Below are positions 48,491 through 58,714 of a stretch of 64,000 bases of DNA, piece after piece. The stretch is from Candidatus Eiseniibacteriota bacterium (GTDB taxonomy: Bacteria > Eisenbacteria > RBG-16-71-46 > SZUA-252). The notes under the pieces are model-generated. The model was not told the DNA's origin, searched no databases, and was given only the letters and a program-made list of their open reading frames with translations. A program made the position numbers and the translations under genes. Within the stretch, counting starts at the first letter, position 1; each line of letters begins with the position of its first letter. The DNA lies in assembly GCA_963703225.1 (NCBI GenBank), contig OY969801.1, forward strand, positions 1,920,001 to 1,984,000, read 5' to 3'.

Positions 48491-51223
48491 TTCCCCTTCG
48501 CCTTGCGTTTCATCCGCTCCTCGATCGCGGCGATCGCGACACCGATGTTGACACCCTCTCCCATGACGCCCGCGAGCGGATCATCCATCTTTTCGAATCG
48601 CGCCGGCAACGTGCGCATGGTGAAGCGCGCGGGGTCAAGCCGGGCGTTGACCTCGACCCACTTGAGCGGACAGGAGGCCGGCGCTCCCGCGATGGGGCGC
48701 AGCGAGTAGGGCGCGACGATCGTGATGCCGTGCCCGTTTTGCCCCCAGTCGATGTAGACCTTGCCGCCCCGCGCGTGGAGGGGACGCGCGAGGGTGGCAA
48801 TCTCGGGATTCGCTTCCAATCCCAGGGAGGCGAGCACGCGGGCGAAGGTCTTGCACTCCTCGTGCGTGTAGCGGCGGCCGAGCGGGATCAGGATGTGGAG
48901 GCCCGCCTGTCCCGATGTCTTCGGGTAGCTCGGAAGCTCCAGCTCGTCGAGCAGCCGGTGCAGGCTCCGCGCGACCTCGACCACGTGGGCGAACGGGGCG
49001 CCCTTGGGGTCCAGGTCCAGCACCAGCCAGTCGGGTCTCTCGAGCGAGCCGGACCGTGCGCTCCACATGTGGATCGGGATGGTGCCGAGGTTGGCGACGT
49101 AACGCAGCGACTCGGGGTCGTCGAGAACGAAGAAGCGGATGTCGCGATCGGAGTCCTTGGAGTAGACGGATTCGGTGCGCATCCATCCGGGGATGAACAC
49201 CGGCGCGTCCTTCTGGAAGAAGGATTTGCCCTTGATGCCGTCCGGGTAGCGCGTGAGCACCACGGGACGGTCGCGCAGGTAGCGCAGCATGAGAGGTGCG
49301 ACAGCCTCGTAGTAGGCGATGAGGTCGCCCTTGGTGTAGCCCTCGTCGGGCCAGAACACCTTGCGCAGATTGGAGAGGCGGACCTCGCGCGGCTCGTCAG
49401 CAGGCGCCGGAGTGCGCGGGGACGACGGGAGTGCCGGTGGCTCCGTCGGTGGGGCTCGAGGCTTTCGCGGCGGCGGTTTCGTCGACCTCTAGAGCGGCAT
49501 CGCTCTCCGCCCCCGCCTCGCGCTGGACCTCCTCGGGCTTCCGGTCGGTGCGCATCCCGATGAAGATCGGGATGGCGCAGTCCCCCGTCGGCGGTCCACT
49601 CGGTGAAGCGCACCTCGCACACAAGCCGCGGCTCCACCCAGTAGTTCCCGCGGCCCGTGGGCCCCGACCCACCAAAGGGCGACTCCGCGCGGCGCAGTGG
49701 CTGGAGCTGCTTCCACAGGCGGTCCTGCATGGCGCCGTCAAAGCCGCTACCGACGCGCGTCACATGCCGGAGCTGATCCGCCCTCGTAGACGCCGACGTG
49801 CAGGGCGCCAAAGTGCCGACCGCCGCCGCGCGGCTCGGTGTAGCCCCCGATCACGAACTCTTGCCGGCGCTGGCACTTGATCTTGACCCAGTCGGGGGAC
49901 CGCTTGCCCGTGTAGCGGCTGTCGGCCCGCTTGGCGATCATCCCCTCGAGGCCCATCTCGGAGGCGGCCTCGAAGAACGCCTCGCCGTGCTCCGCGACGT
50001 GATCGCCCGCCTGGACGATTCCGGCCGGTGGCAGGATGCGGCCCAGGCATTCCTTCCGTTCGAGCAGCCCGAGCTGGCGCAGGTCGTGGCCTTCGAGCGC
50101 CAGGCAGTCGAAGAACACCGCACGCACCGGAACCCGAGCCATGGCGGCGGCGATGTCGCGAGGGTGCGAGAGCAGCATCCGTTTCTGCAGACGGCCAAAG
50201 CTCGGCCGTCCCGACGCGTCGTACGCCACGATTTCGCCGTCCAGAACGAAGCGCTCCGGCGAGAGCCCGCGGAGCGCGGCGGCGATCTCGGGGTAGCGCG
50301 CGGTGATGTCCTCCCCGCTGCGGCCGAGCATCCGCACCTCCTCGCCGCGGCGCTCGGCGATCACGCGCACGCCGTCGTACTTGATCTCGAACACCCAACC
50401 GGCGCGCGAGAAGGGTTTCTCGGCCGGCGTGGCCAGCATGTGCTTCACCTCGTCGCGCGCGCAGCTCGCCGCGCGGAGCCTTGAGCGCGGCGAGGTGGGC
50501 GCGCAGGCTGGCGAGCCATGCCGGCACGTCGCGCATCTCCTGCACCGTGAGGCCGGAGATCACCGAGCGCGGCCAACGCTCGAGCACGTCCTGGTCCGAG
50601 GCCGCGCCGTCCGCCTTCTTCAGCAGCAGCCAGTCCTTCTCGCTCTTGCTCATCCGGACGAGCGTCCAGCGACCGCCTAGCTTGTGGCCGAAAAGCTCCA
50701 GCTCCAGCTTCCCGCGCGCGTATTGCTCGCGGATGTCCTCGGGCTTGAACGAGCCGTAGGTGCCGCGATCCCACACGATCACGGAGCCGGCGCCGTAGTT
50801 GCCGGCCGGAATCACGCCCTCGAAGTTCGCGTACTCAAGCGGATGGTCCTCCACGTGCACCGCGAGCCGCTTCTCTTCCGCGCGCACCGAGGGGCCCTTG
50901 GGCACGGCCCAGCTCTTCAACACCCCCTCCATCTCGAGGCGTAGATCGAAGTGCATGTTGCGCGCCCAGTGCTGCTGGACCACAAAGCGCGCGCCGGGTG
51001 TCGGGGAGGGCGCCGCCGCGGGAGTCTTGGAGGCGCCGGGGGCCGGAGCGCCGCCGAAGGGCTCAGGCGTCCGGTCGGGATCGCGCTTCTTGCGGTAGGT
51101 TTCGAGCGGGGCGGGCGCCTGGGGGGTGCTCGGCCCCGGTACGGCACGCGCCTTCGGCTCCGGCACGGGGCCTTTTCGTTTGTCAGGACGAGACTTACCG
51201 CGGGCGGCGGGACGGGACGGCAT
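48487..51223 (-). CDS. ligD: NHEJ DNA ligase D (phosphoesterase-ligase-polymerase), ~4 single-base frameshifts as sequenced
   Basis: PE: FVVQQH..HFDLRLE..SWAVPKGP; LIG: EIKYDG, LDGE, EGMIAK, WVKIK; POL: TKGDL, RYPDGI, DLDP, KTSG..GLH; frame breaks ~50455, ~49780, ~49570, ~49400. Confidence 0.88.
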
Positions 51224-51331
51224 GTGGGCTCGTTAACGTTCCAGGGTCATCGGCCGATGGATAAAACGTTGAGGACCAGTAAACCACGGTGCTAGCCTTG
51301 GGTGCTACTTCCCCATCAGGAGGGATTCAAG

Positions 51332-52240
51332 ATGCCTCTGCACTCCATCGGGTCGGGGACCATCTCCTTCGGCCTGGTCTCGATCCCGATCAAGATGTAC
51401 TCGGCGGCGTCCTCGGCCGGTGTTTCGTTCAACCAGCTGCACCAGAAGTGCGGCGGGCGCCTTCGCCAGCAGCTCATCTGTCCCACCTGCAACGAGGTGG
51501 TGGAGCGAAGCGCGCTGGTCAAGGGCTACGAGTTCGCCAAGGATCAGTACGTGCAGTTCACCGAGGATGAGCTGAAGAAGCTTGAGGACGAAGCGTCCAA
51601 GATGATCGACATCGCCGAGTTCGTTCCGCTCGCCCTGGTGGATCCGATCTACTTTGAGAAGACCTACTACCTGGGCCCGGACAAGGGCGGCGAAAAGGCC
51701 TACCGGCTCCTCACCGATGCCATGGACAAGTCCGAGCGCGTGGCGCTGGCCAAGTTCGTGATGCGGGGCAAAGAGAATCTGGTGCTGATTCGCGCCGCGC
51801 AGGATGGGCTGATGCTCCACACCATGTACTTCTCCGATGAAATCCGGGACTTCGGCGAGGTGGACAAGGGCGCGGACGCCAAGGTCAAGCCCGGCGAGCT
51901 GGAGCTGGCTGAGCGGCTGGTCGGGGAGCTTTCGAGCGAGGCGTTCCGTCCGGACCAGTACGTCGACGACTACCGGACGCGCGTGCTCGAGGTGGTAGAG
52001 TCCAAGGTCGAAGGCCGCGAAGTGACGTCGCTCGCACCGCAGGCGCAGCGCACGCAGGTGATCGACCTGATGGAAGCGCTCAAGCAGAGCCTCGGGAAGC
52101 GCGGCTCGGACGCCCGCGCAGGGTCTGGCGGAGACGGCGGCGCGAAGGTGTCTGCACTCGAGAAGAAGCCCGCCGCACGGGCACGGCAGAAGCCGGAGCC
52201 CGCCCCGCGCCAGAAGAAGGTCCAAGGCGACAAGCGCTGA
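51332..52240 (+). CDS. ku: Ku DNA end-binding protein
   Basis: GTISFGLVSIPIK, LVKGYE, YFEKTYYLGP, VIDLMEALKQSL, basic tail. Confidence 0.95.
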   Translation: MPLHSIGSGTISFGLVSIPIKMYSAASSAGVSFNQLHQKCGGRLRQQLICPTCNEVVERSALVKGYEFAKDQYVQFTEDELKKLEDEASKMIDIAEFVPLALVDPIYFEKTYYLGPDKGGEKAYRLLTDAMDKSERVALAKFVMRGKENLVLIRAAQDGLMLHTMYFSDEIRDFGEVDKGADAKVKPGELELAERLVGELSSEAFRPDQYVDDYRTRVLEVVESKVEGREVTSLAPQAQRTQVIDLMEALKQSLGKRGSDARAGSGGDGGAKVSALEKKPAARARQKPEPAPRQKKVQGDKR

Positions 52241-52265
52241 CGCGGGATTCCAGGGAGGCAGCTCC

Positions 52266-53156
52266 GTGAGGGCAAGCGCAGAGATCGAACGCGCCCAGCC
52301 ACAGTCGGATCAGCGTTTCTCCCTGCGTGAAGTGGCGCGCATTCTCGAGGTGCCCGAAGCGCGGCTGCGTGGCCTGGCCCGCGCCGGCTTCCTGGCGCCC
52401 CAACGGGGCCCGGTCGGCCCACTGTCGTTCGGCTTCCGGGATCTCCTGCTGCTGCGGACCACCAAGGGACTCCTGGAATCAGGAGTCCCCATGCGGCGGA
52501 TCCGCCGCATCTGGGCTTCGCTCCGCGAGCAGCTCGCGGCCGACCTCCCGCTCACCAGCATCACCATCCACACGGACGGAGAAGAGGTTGTCGCCTCGGA
52601 CGGCGGCGCCCGCTGGCAGCCGGACTCGGGCCAGTTCCTCCTCAACTTCGAGGCCAGCGAGATCGCGGAGCGCGCCGACTTCGTTGGAAGCGTCGGCCGT
52701 GAAGAATCCGCACCGCGTGATTCCGGGGACGAGCCAGGATCTACGGCCGAGGAATGGTACGAAGCGGGATGCTCGCTGGAGGCCTCATCCCCCGAGCAGG
52801 CGCGCGAAGCCTATCAGCGTGCTCTCGAGATCGACCCGGGCGTGATCAACGCGCACGTGAACCTTGGCCGCCAGTTCCACATGGCAGGGGAACTCGGCCG
52901 CGCCGAGCCGCACTACCGGGAGGCGGCGAGGCTCGATCCCGACGACCCGACCCCGCACTTCAACCTCGGCGTGCTCCTCGAGGAGGTGGGACGGCGGGAC
53001 GAAGCGGTCCATGCCTACCGCCAGGCGATTCTCCGCGATCCCGACTTCGCCGACGCCCACTGCAACCTCGGGCTGCTCCTGGAATCGCTCGGGCGGCGCC
53101 AGGAGGCCGTGCGCCACCTGATGGCCGCCCGTCAGCTGAACGGGTCGCCGGAGTAG
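52266..53156 (+). CDS. MerR-like HTH + TPR protein
   Basis: FSLREVARIL, FGFRDLLLLR, GQFLLNF, TPRs. Confidence 0.82.
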   Translation: MRASAEIERAQPQSDQRFSLREVARILEVPEARLRGLARAGFLAPQRGPVGPLSFGFRDLLLLRTTKGLLESGVPMRRIRRIWASLREQLAADLPLTSITIHTDGEEVVASDGGARWQPDSGQFLLNFEASEIAERADFVGSVGREESAPRDSGDEPGSTAEEWYEAGCSLEASSPEQAREAYQRALEIDPGVINAHVNLGRQFHMAGELGRAEPHYREAARLDPDDPTPHFNLGVLLEEVGRRDEAVHAYRQAILRDPDFADAHCNLGLLLESLGRRQEAVRHLMAARQLNGSPE

Positions 53157-53157
53157 G

Positions 53158-54549
53158 TCAGCGAGCCCCCGTATTCGTCGGGGCAATGAACGACGCGAGC
53201 TTGTCGATGACCTTCGCGTCGACGTGGCCTGCGACGACGTACTCATCAGGGCCAGGCTTCCCTTCTCCCTCGATGAACAGATGATTCAGGCTCGGTACAA
53301 TGTCGAACTCGACGTGGGGCGTGTTGGCCAGCCCCGTACGCCATGCCTGCACGTCCTCATCGAGGACCTGATAGTCGCGATCTCCGCGCATGATGAGGAC
53401 CGGCTTGCCGAGCTTCTTGGCCATCCCGATCCCATCGCGGGAACCCAGGTCCCTCCAGTAGGCCTCAGGAGCTCCGAGTAGCGTCTCGCTGCCGAGAGTC
53501 CCCGCCTTGAGGCGTGCCACCTTCTGCTCGACCTCCTCGATCTGTTCCTTGGGAGCCTCCACATAGCGAAGCTGAGATAGCACCATGTCCCAAGGCGGAC
53601 GGCCCGGCGGGGCCATCAAGACCACGCCAGCCACGTCCCCGGAGCGGATCGCAATTTCCGGCGCCAGGAGCGCTCCCATGCTGTGACCCACCACGAAAAC
53701 GCGCGCGTGATCCACATCCGACCTGGCCGCAAGCACCTTCATGGCCGCGACCGCATCCAGAATCACCTCGTCGTCGACCGATATGTCGTTCGACAGCTTT
53801 GCGCCGTACTGGTACGTACGCTTGTTATAGCGAAGCACGGCAATCCCTCTCGAAGAGAGGCCTTCGGCCAGGTCCTTGAAAACCTTGCTGCCTCCGATCG
53901 TCTCGTCCCGGTCGATGGGCCCCGATCCGTGCACCAGCACGACGCCGGGAAAGGGACCGGCCCCATTGGGAATTGTGAGGGTCGCGCCCAGCAAGAATGG
54001 TTCGGTGCCGACCGTCAGCTCCACGGCGCGAAACTTCGACCGGTTCACGTAGGCGGCGGGAGGAGCGGGCGCCACGTAGGGCCGGATGAGGAATCCGCCC
54101 ACCTCCTGCGACGGTGTGTTGACGGCGATCGTCGCCTGAAGTTGACCGCGATCGAATTGAAGCAGAGCAACCCGGACATCGTGGGCTTGAACTTGCTGGC
54201 GCTCGAGCATGGTCCAGGAAATCAAATTGCCCAGCGTGGCCAACTGTCCGCTCCAGACGGCCTTCAGCTTCTCGACCGGTACCACGGCCTTGAGCGTCGA
54301 ATCGAACATGCCGAACGCGGTCTCGTACTGCTTGACCTTCAACGATTGCAGGAGTGCCTCAGCGGTTTGGTCGCTGGTGCGGACAGCGGTCTTGGGCTTC
54401 GAAGCGGCGGCGCGTTGGGAGACATCGCCCCTCGCTTGCTCGCCAACTCCGATCGTCGTGATGAGGAGGCAGGCGAAGGTCGTCAGAACTCGGATCCAAA
54501 GCGCTCTGCCCCAGCCTCCACCCGTCCCGATACGAGGTTGGGTAGACAT
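53158..54549 (-). CDS. Secreted DUF3887-like + alpha/beta hydrolase (S9-like)
   Basis: LVHGSGPIDRDE, GHSMG, RDYQV, LNHLF. Confidence 0.85.
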   Translation of the reverse strand: MSTQPRIGTGGGWGRALWIRVLTTFACLLITTIGVGEQARGDVSQRAAASKPKTAVRTSDQTAEALLQSLKVKQYETAFGMFDSTLKAVVPVEKLKAVWSGQLATLGNLISWTMLERQQVQAHDVRVALLQFDRGQLQATIAVNTPSQEVGGFLIRPYVAPAPPAAYVNRSKFRAVELTVGTEPFLLGATLTIPNGAGPFPGVVLVHGSGPIDRDETIGGSKVFKDLAEGLSSRGIAVLRYNKRTYQYGAKLSNDISVDDEVILDAVAAMKVLAARSDVDHARVFVVGHSMGALLAPEIAIRSGDVAGVVLMAPPGRPPWDMVLSQLRYVEAPKEQIEEVEQKVARLKAGTLGSETLLGAPEAYWRDLGSRDGIGMAKKLGKPVLIMRGDRDYQVLDEDVQAWRTGLANTPHVEFDIVPSLNHLFIEGEGKPGPDEYVVAGHVDAKVIDKLASFIAPTNTGAR

Positions 54550-55104
54550 TTCGTTGCTCCGTGCGACAGGAATTCCTACGGTGGACTTGTTGAGCTCAAG
54601 ATTCTGCACGGAACCGGCCGAATCCTCCAGCCCAGATGGCCGAACACCGCCACGGGCTTGGATCGGCGACTCTACCAACCCGCCCCCTAAGCCCTCTCTC
54701 ACGCGCCGTTTACCGCTCCGCCGATAATAAGCTGGCGTCACGCAAATTATTGAGATATCTTATGTTATGTAGCTAGAAGCAAGGCGAACCCACCCCCAAC
54801 AGCCTGCCAGTCATCGCTGGGTAGCGCCTCCAGGCCGACCCCCTAGATCTGCGGGGGCGGTCGATCCCCGTGACGGCGGAAATCCCGCGTGCGCGGGTCC
54901 AAACGGCAACAGGCCTGCGTTTCGGAGAACCAAGTTCCGGATCGCCCGCAGTCGCATCGGCCCGCGCCGCATCCCTACCTCATCCGGTCCAAATCGCCTC
55001 CGGGGACAAACCCCGCAAGCATCCGTCCGCGCGGCTGCGGCGAACGGGGATCATTCCGCGTCGGTTCTGCGCACGTTCGGCTTGGACTAGGAAGGAGTCG
55101 CAAG

Positions 55105-55560
55105 ATGTCTCTCAAGATGAGCGAGTTCCACGGAATCGATCCGAACCACGTCACCACGCTCCGAGCCGCTGGCATCGAAAACACCGATGACCTGATGAAG
55201 ATCTGGAGCAACAAAGAGAAACGCGCGGGCCTCGTGGCCAGCACGGGCATCGCCGAAGTGAACTTTGCGAAGTTCGCGGCGATGGCGCGCCTCGGACGCG
55301 TGAAGGGAATGGATTTGAAGCACCTCGACGCGCTCGTCGCCGCCGGCATCGACGGACCGAAGGGGCTTTTCCGCCACACGGCGGAGACACTCACGAAGCA
55401 CCTGGGCGAAGTGGCTGCCGAGCGGAAGCTGGCTGGCCCCCTCCCCACGCTCGCGGAGGTCACCGCCTGGTTCGCACAAAAGCCGGAGATGAATGGGGAA
55501 AAGGTCTCGGCGCCGAAGTCCGAACCCAGTCCGAAAGCAGAGCCCATCGTCGCCAAGTAG
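55105..55560 (+). CDS. DUF4332-like protein, paralogue 1
   Basis: GI..LRAAGIENTDDL, MARLGRVKG, LVAAGID, PTLAEVTAW; AGGAG RBS. Confidence 0.8.
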   Translation: MSLKMSEFHGIDPNHVTTLRAAGIENTDDLMKIWSNKEKRAGLVASTGIAEVNFAKFAAMARLGRVKGMDLKHLDALVAAGIDGPKGLFRHTAETLTKHLGEVAAERKLAGPLPTLAEVTAWFAQKPEMNGEKVSAPKSEPSPKAEPIVAK

Positions 55561-55603
55561 GCGGCGGGGCACCGTTCACTTTCAATCGCAAGGGAGTCAA
55601 ATC

Positions 55604-56005
55604 ATGACCTACAAGATGAGCGAGTTTCAGAATATCGAGCCGGGCCAAGTCGAGAAGCTCCGCGAGGCGGGCATTGAGAACACGGACGACATGATGCGCG
55701 TCTGGGCCGATCAGCCCAAGCGTGCGGCGCTCGTGGAGAAGACGGGTATCGCCCTCGACCGGTTCACCGACCTGGCCTCGATGGCGCGGCTCGCTCGCGT
55801 GAAGAACGTGGGACCGATGTACGTTTCCGTGCTCCTGGCCGCGGGAATCGACGGCCCGAAGAGTCTCTTCGAGCACACGCCGGTGACGCTGCTCAAGCGC
55901 TTGGGCGAGGTGGTTGCGGAGAAGAAGCTCACGAGCCCTGTGCCGACGCTGGAGCAGGTCAACCCTTGGTATGCGGATCAGAAACAGGTGGTTGCCAGCG
56001 CATAG
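55604..56005 (+). CDS. DUF4332-like protein, paralogue 2
   Basis: LREAGIENTDD, MARLARVKNVG, LLAAGID; GGGAG RBS. Confidence 0.8.
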   Translation: MTYKMSEFQNIEPGQVEKLREAGIENTDDMMRVWADQPKRAALVEKTGIALDRFTDLASMARLARVKNVGPMYVSVLLAAGIDGPKSLFEHTPVTLLKRLGEVVAEKKLTSPVPTLEQVNPWYADQKQVVASA

Positions 56006-56073
56006 TGGTACGGCATTGCGGGAGGCGCCCCCATAACGACCTCTCGCCCTAAGAAAGCGTCTCCCGCTTCAAC

Positions 56074-56103
56074 CTCGGCCACGATCGAAAGATCGTGGCC
56101 GAG
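56074..56103. terminator. Perfect hairpin between convergent genes
   Basis: CTCGGCCACGATC-GAAA-GATCGTGGCCGAG. Confidence 0.65.
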
Positions 56104-56124
56104 CCATTGAGATCCTCCTGATGA

Positions 56125-58512
56125 CTATCTCACGATCACGATTCTCGCCGTTCCATGATAGCTGCCTGCATCGAGCCGCGCGAGGTACAACCCTGTTGCC
56201 GCTGGCCGCCCGTTCCCACCGCGACCATCCCATTCGATGTCGGCCGCGCCGGGGGTCGCGGTAACTTCCCGCACCAGCCGCCCGTCCACGCTGAACACGC
56301 TCACGCGCGCCGGCGCGTCGAGCGGTCGTCCGAATGACAGGCGAGTCGCTCCCGCCGTCACGTTCGGCGCCACCGTCAGGTGGAGCGGGAGTGCGCTTCG
56401 ACCTCCGACGTCGACCGCGGTGATGGGCGCCTGCACCGCGATCGAATCCATCCCGGCGCGGCCATCGCCGTCGTCATATCCGACGTAGAGCGTGCCGGCG
56501 GTGAGGCCCGGGACAGGAATGTGGACCCAGCCGTCCGCCCCCGAGTAGCGATTCTCCAAGACTTGATCGCTTCCGGCCATGGTTGGTTTCCAGAGCCCCA
56601 CTTTCACGCCGGAGACCGGCGCGCCACTCGAGCTGCGCACCTGGATGTCGACGGTTGGGGCCGGGCAGGTCGGGCAGCAGTCCACTCCCGGGCAAGGTCC
56701 GAGGATGGTAATCGGAACGAGCAGGTCGATCGGCGCCCAGATGCCGCCGGGATTGTGGCGCTTGATCTCCATCTCGGGGTCGCCGTAGAGAACGTACTTG
56801 TAGACGGCGTCGAATCCGAACAGGGAGTCCGCGGCGATGGTGGCGTGCTCGGCGAGGGCGATGGCCTGACCGTGCCTCGTGATTCCTCCGCCGTAGACCG
56901 CCTGGAAGAGGCTGTCGTTCAAGACCCGGACCACCGAGCCGTAGGTCTGGTCCACGGCGCCGTAGAAGGCGACCGAGCCTCCTTGGGCATTCTTCATGAA
57001 GCCCGCGGCGAGGCTCTGCCCCTGCCTGAGGTCGCCCGTTTGGCATCCGATGGACCAGACCACTGGGGTCAACGCGCCGTTGTTGAGCGCCGCCGCGTCC
57101 GAATACGCGAAGCTCGCGTTGGAGGAACTCCAATGGAGCCAGGATGCAGGTTCCCCGTGGCCAATGTACCCGACCAGTCCAACGCCGCTGGCCACGTCGT
57201 TCACGATGTCGGCGTTCCCCAGAGATGCATTGGTCCCGTAGCAAGTGGTGAAATTGGGAGTCACCTGCGCGTAGGGGCCCGTCCGCACCTCCTCCTGGTA
57301 GCCCATGAAATCGAAGTCTTGATCCTGCTGGTGGTGGGCCACCAGCAAGACGTTTCCGTCGTTGTTCAACTGCGGCCCTTCCGAGTAGTCCATGATCTTC
57401 TTCACCTGGTTCTGAAGCTCTCCCAGGGTGGACACGTAGAGCCGCCCCAGGTAAATCTCCGGCTCCCCATCGCCATCCACCGACGAAAGCACCTTGTCGG
57501 AGAGCTGGCCGTTCGAGTCGAAGCAGTAGGGCGTCGACCCGTTCGCGCCGACCAATAGGCAGTAGTGATCATCGCCGGGCCGGGTGGCGGCGTACCAATT
57601 GTGAATCGCCTGCCGCAGCTGGCCGCAAGTTTCGCCGCTCATCGGCACGTTCACGACGGTGACGGAGTAGCCGCGGGTCTTCTTCTGCTGGATCAACGGC
57701 TGGAGGGTGCTCATCCAGGCGCTCGGGCAGACAAAGAGGTACGCGCCCATGAATTGATTCCAGTTGACCCCGTACTCCGTGCTGACCGAGCCCCAGTTCA
57801 GGAGCGCGACCGATGCGGCGCCCGCGTGCTCCATGGTGAGGCCCATCGGCGTGTTCAAGCCGCCGCCGTGGCTGAAGCCGAAACGCGCGTGCGTCGCGAC
57901 AGACAGAGTCCCCGTGGCGGGATTCCAATGGATCGGATATGTCGTGCAGAGCGACGCCGGGAGCCCGCCGAGTGTCGTGCGGGTGGCTCCGCCGGCGCCG
58001 TTGCCCAGAGGAAAGTCCAGCGCCGAGCCGTAGGTAGCTTCGTTCCGCGTGAATTGCGACGGCGTCCCGTCGTGGAGTTGGGCGGGGATGGGCGACGGCC
58101 AGACGAGATAGCCCGGTAGCTCGCGGAGATCGAGCGCGAGCGCCTCGATGAGCTGGGAGCCGATCGCATCGGTGACGATTCCCAAATCGGCGCGAACGAC
58201 CGGCACCCGGGGCTCGCCCGGAACGGAGTAGCTGGGCAGGCCTGGCACGCTCAGATCCTGGTACGTCCGCCCGTCGGGCCCCAGGCGTGTGGTGACATAG
58301 AAGCCCGAGAGGAAGACATCGAAGTAAGTCTGCGCGGGTCCCGAGAGCGCCGAATCAAGAGTGATCCGCGCATTCGTCCCCGGGGGGTTGCTGTCGAGCG
58401 ATACCCAGGTTGGCCCGCCGGTCCCTTGTGCCCTTACGGGAGTGGGTGACGCCAAGGTGGCGGAAAGCAACAGAAGCAACAGAAGCCCAGAGAGCACCCG
58501 GTCAAGTCTCAT
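56125..58512 (-). CDS. C25 (gingipain-like) cysteine peptidase with propeptide and FlgD-Ig-like C-terminal domain
   Basis: Signal peptide; PGEPRVP propeptide; KKTRGY, IYLGRL, YIGHG (His), SIGC (Cys), LYGDP; VFSVDGRLVR..WDGR..GLYLARL. Confidence 0.88.
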   Translation of the reverse strand: MRLDRVLSGLLLLLLLSATLASPTPVRAQGTGGPTWVSLDSNPPGTNARITLDSALSGPAQTYFDVFLSGFYVTTRLGPDGRTYQDLSVPGLPSYSVPGEPRVPVVRADLGIVTDAIGSQLIEALALDLRELPGYLVWPSPIPAQLHDGTPSQFTRNEATYGSALDFPLGNGAGGATRTTLGGLPASLCTTYPIHWNPATGTLSVATHARFGFSHGGGLNTPMGLTMEHAGAASVALLNWGSVSTEYGVNWNQFMGAYLFVCPSAWMSTLQPLIQQKKTRGYSVTVVNVPMSGETCGQLRQAIHNWYAATRPGDDHYCLLVGANGSTPYCFDSNGQLSDKVLSSVDGDGEPEIYLGRLYVSTLGELQNQVKKIMDYSEGPQLNNDGNVLLVAHHQQDQDFDFMGYQEEVRTGPYAQVTPNFTTCYGTNASLGNADIVNDVASGVGLVGYIGHGEPASWLHWSSSNASFAYSDAAALNNGALTPVVWSIGCQTGDLRQGQSLAAGFMKNAQGGSVAFYGAVDQTYGSVVRVLNDSLFQAVYGGGITRHGQAIALAEHATIAADSLFGFDAVYKYVLYGDPEMEIKRHNPGGIWAPIDLLVPITILGPCPGVDCCPTCPAPTVDIQVRSSSGAPVSGVKVGLWKPTMAGSDQVLENRYSGADGWVHIPVPGLTAGTLYVGYDDGDGRAGMDSIAVQAPITAVDVGGRSALPLHLTVAPNVTAGATRLSFGRPLDAPARVSVFSVDGRLVREVTATPGAADIEWDGRGGNGRPAATGLYLARLDAGSYHGTARIVIVR

Positions 58513-58537
58513 GAGACTCCAAGAAATCGTGCATCTG

Positions 58538-58553
58538 GGTGATCCAAGTCACC
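58538..58553. promoter_or_regulatory. CRP-box-like palindrome
   Basis: GGTGA-N6-TCACC between the crp/fnr gene and the peptidase start. Confidence 0.4.
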
Positions 58554-58714
58554 GAGGCATTGCTCGCGGAGGGCTACGTTCTCGAGCGAGAAACCCGGCG
58601 GTGTCCGGCGTCCGCCGTTGTGGTCAAGCCCTCACTCGAGTCAGCAACTTGCAACCGCCTCTAGGGGCCCAGTCCGCTCCACACGGTTCGCCGCGGCGCC
58701 GCCGGTCCTTTTGT

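Noticed and set aside
48487..51223. Programmed frameshifting in ligD or the helicase
   Set aside because: Multiple breaks inside conserved motifs with no slippery sites; error or decay is more parsimonious
54780..55090. Riboswitch (e.g. c-di-GMP) upstream of the DUF4332 genes
   Set aside because: Could not match a known consensus by eye
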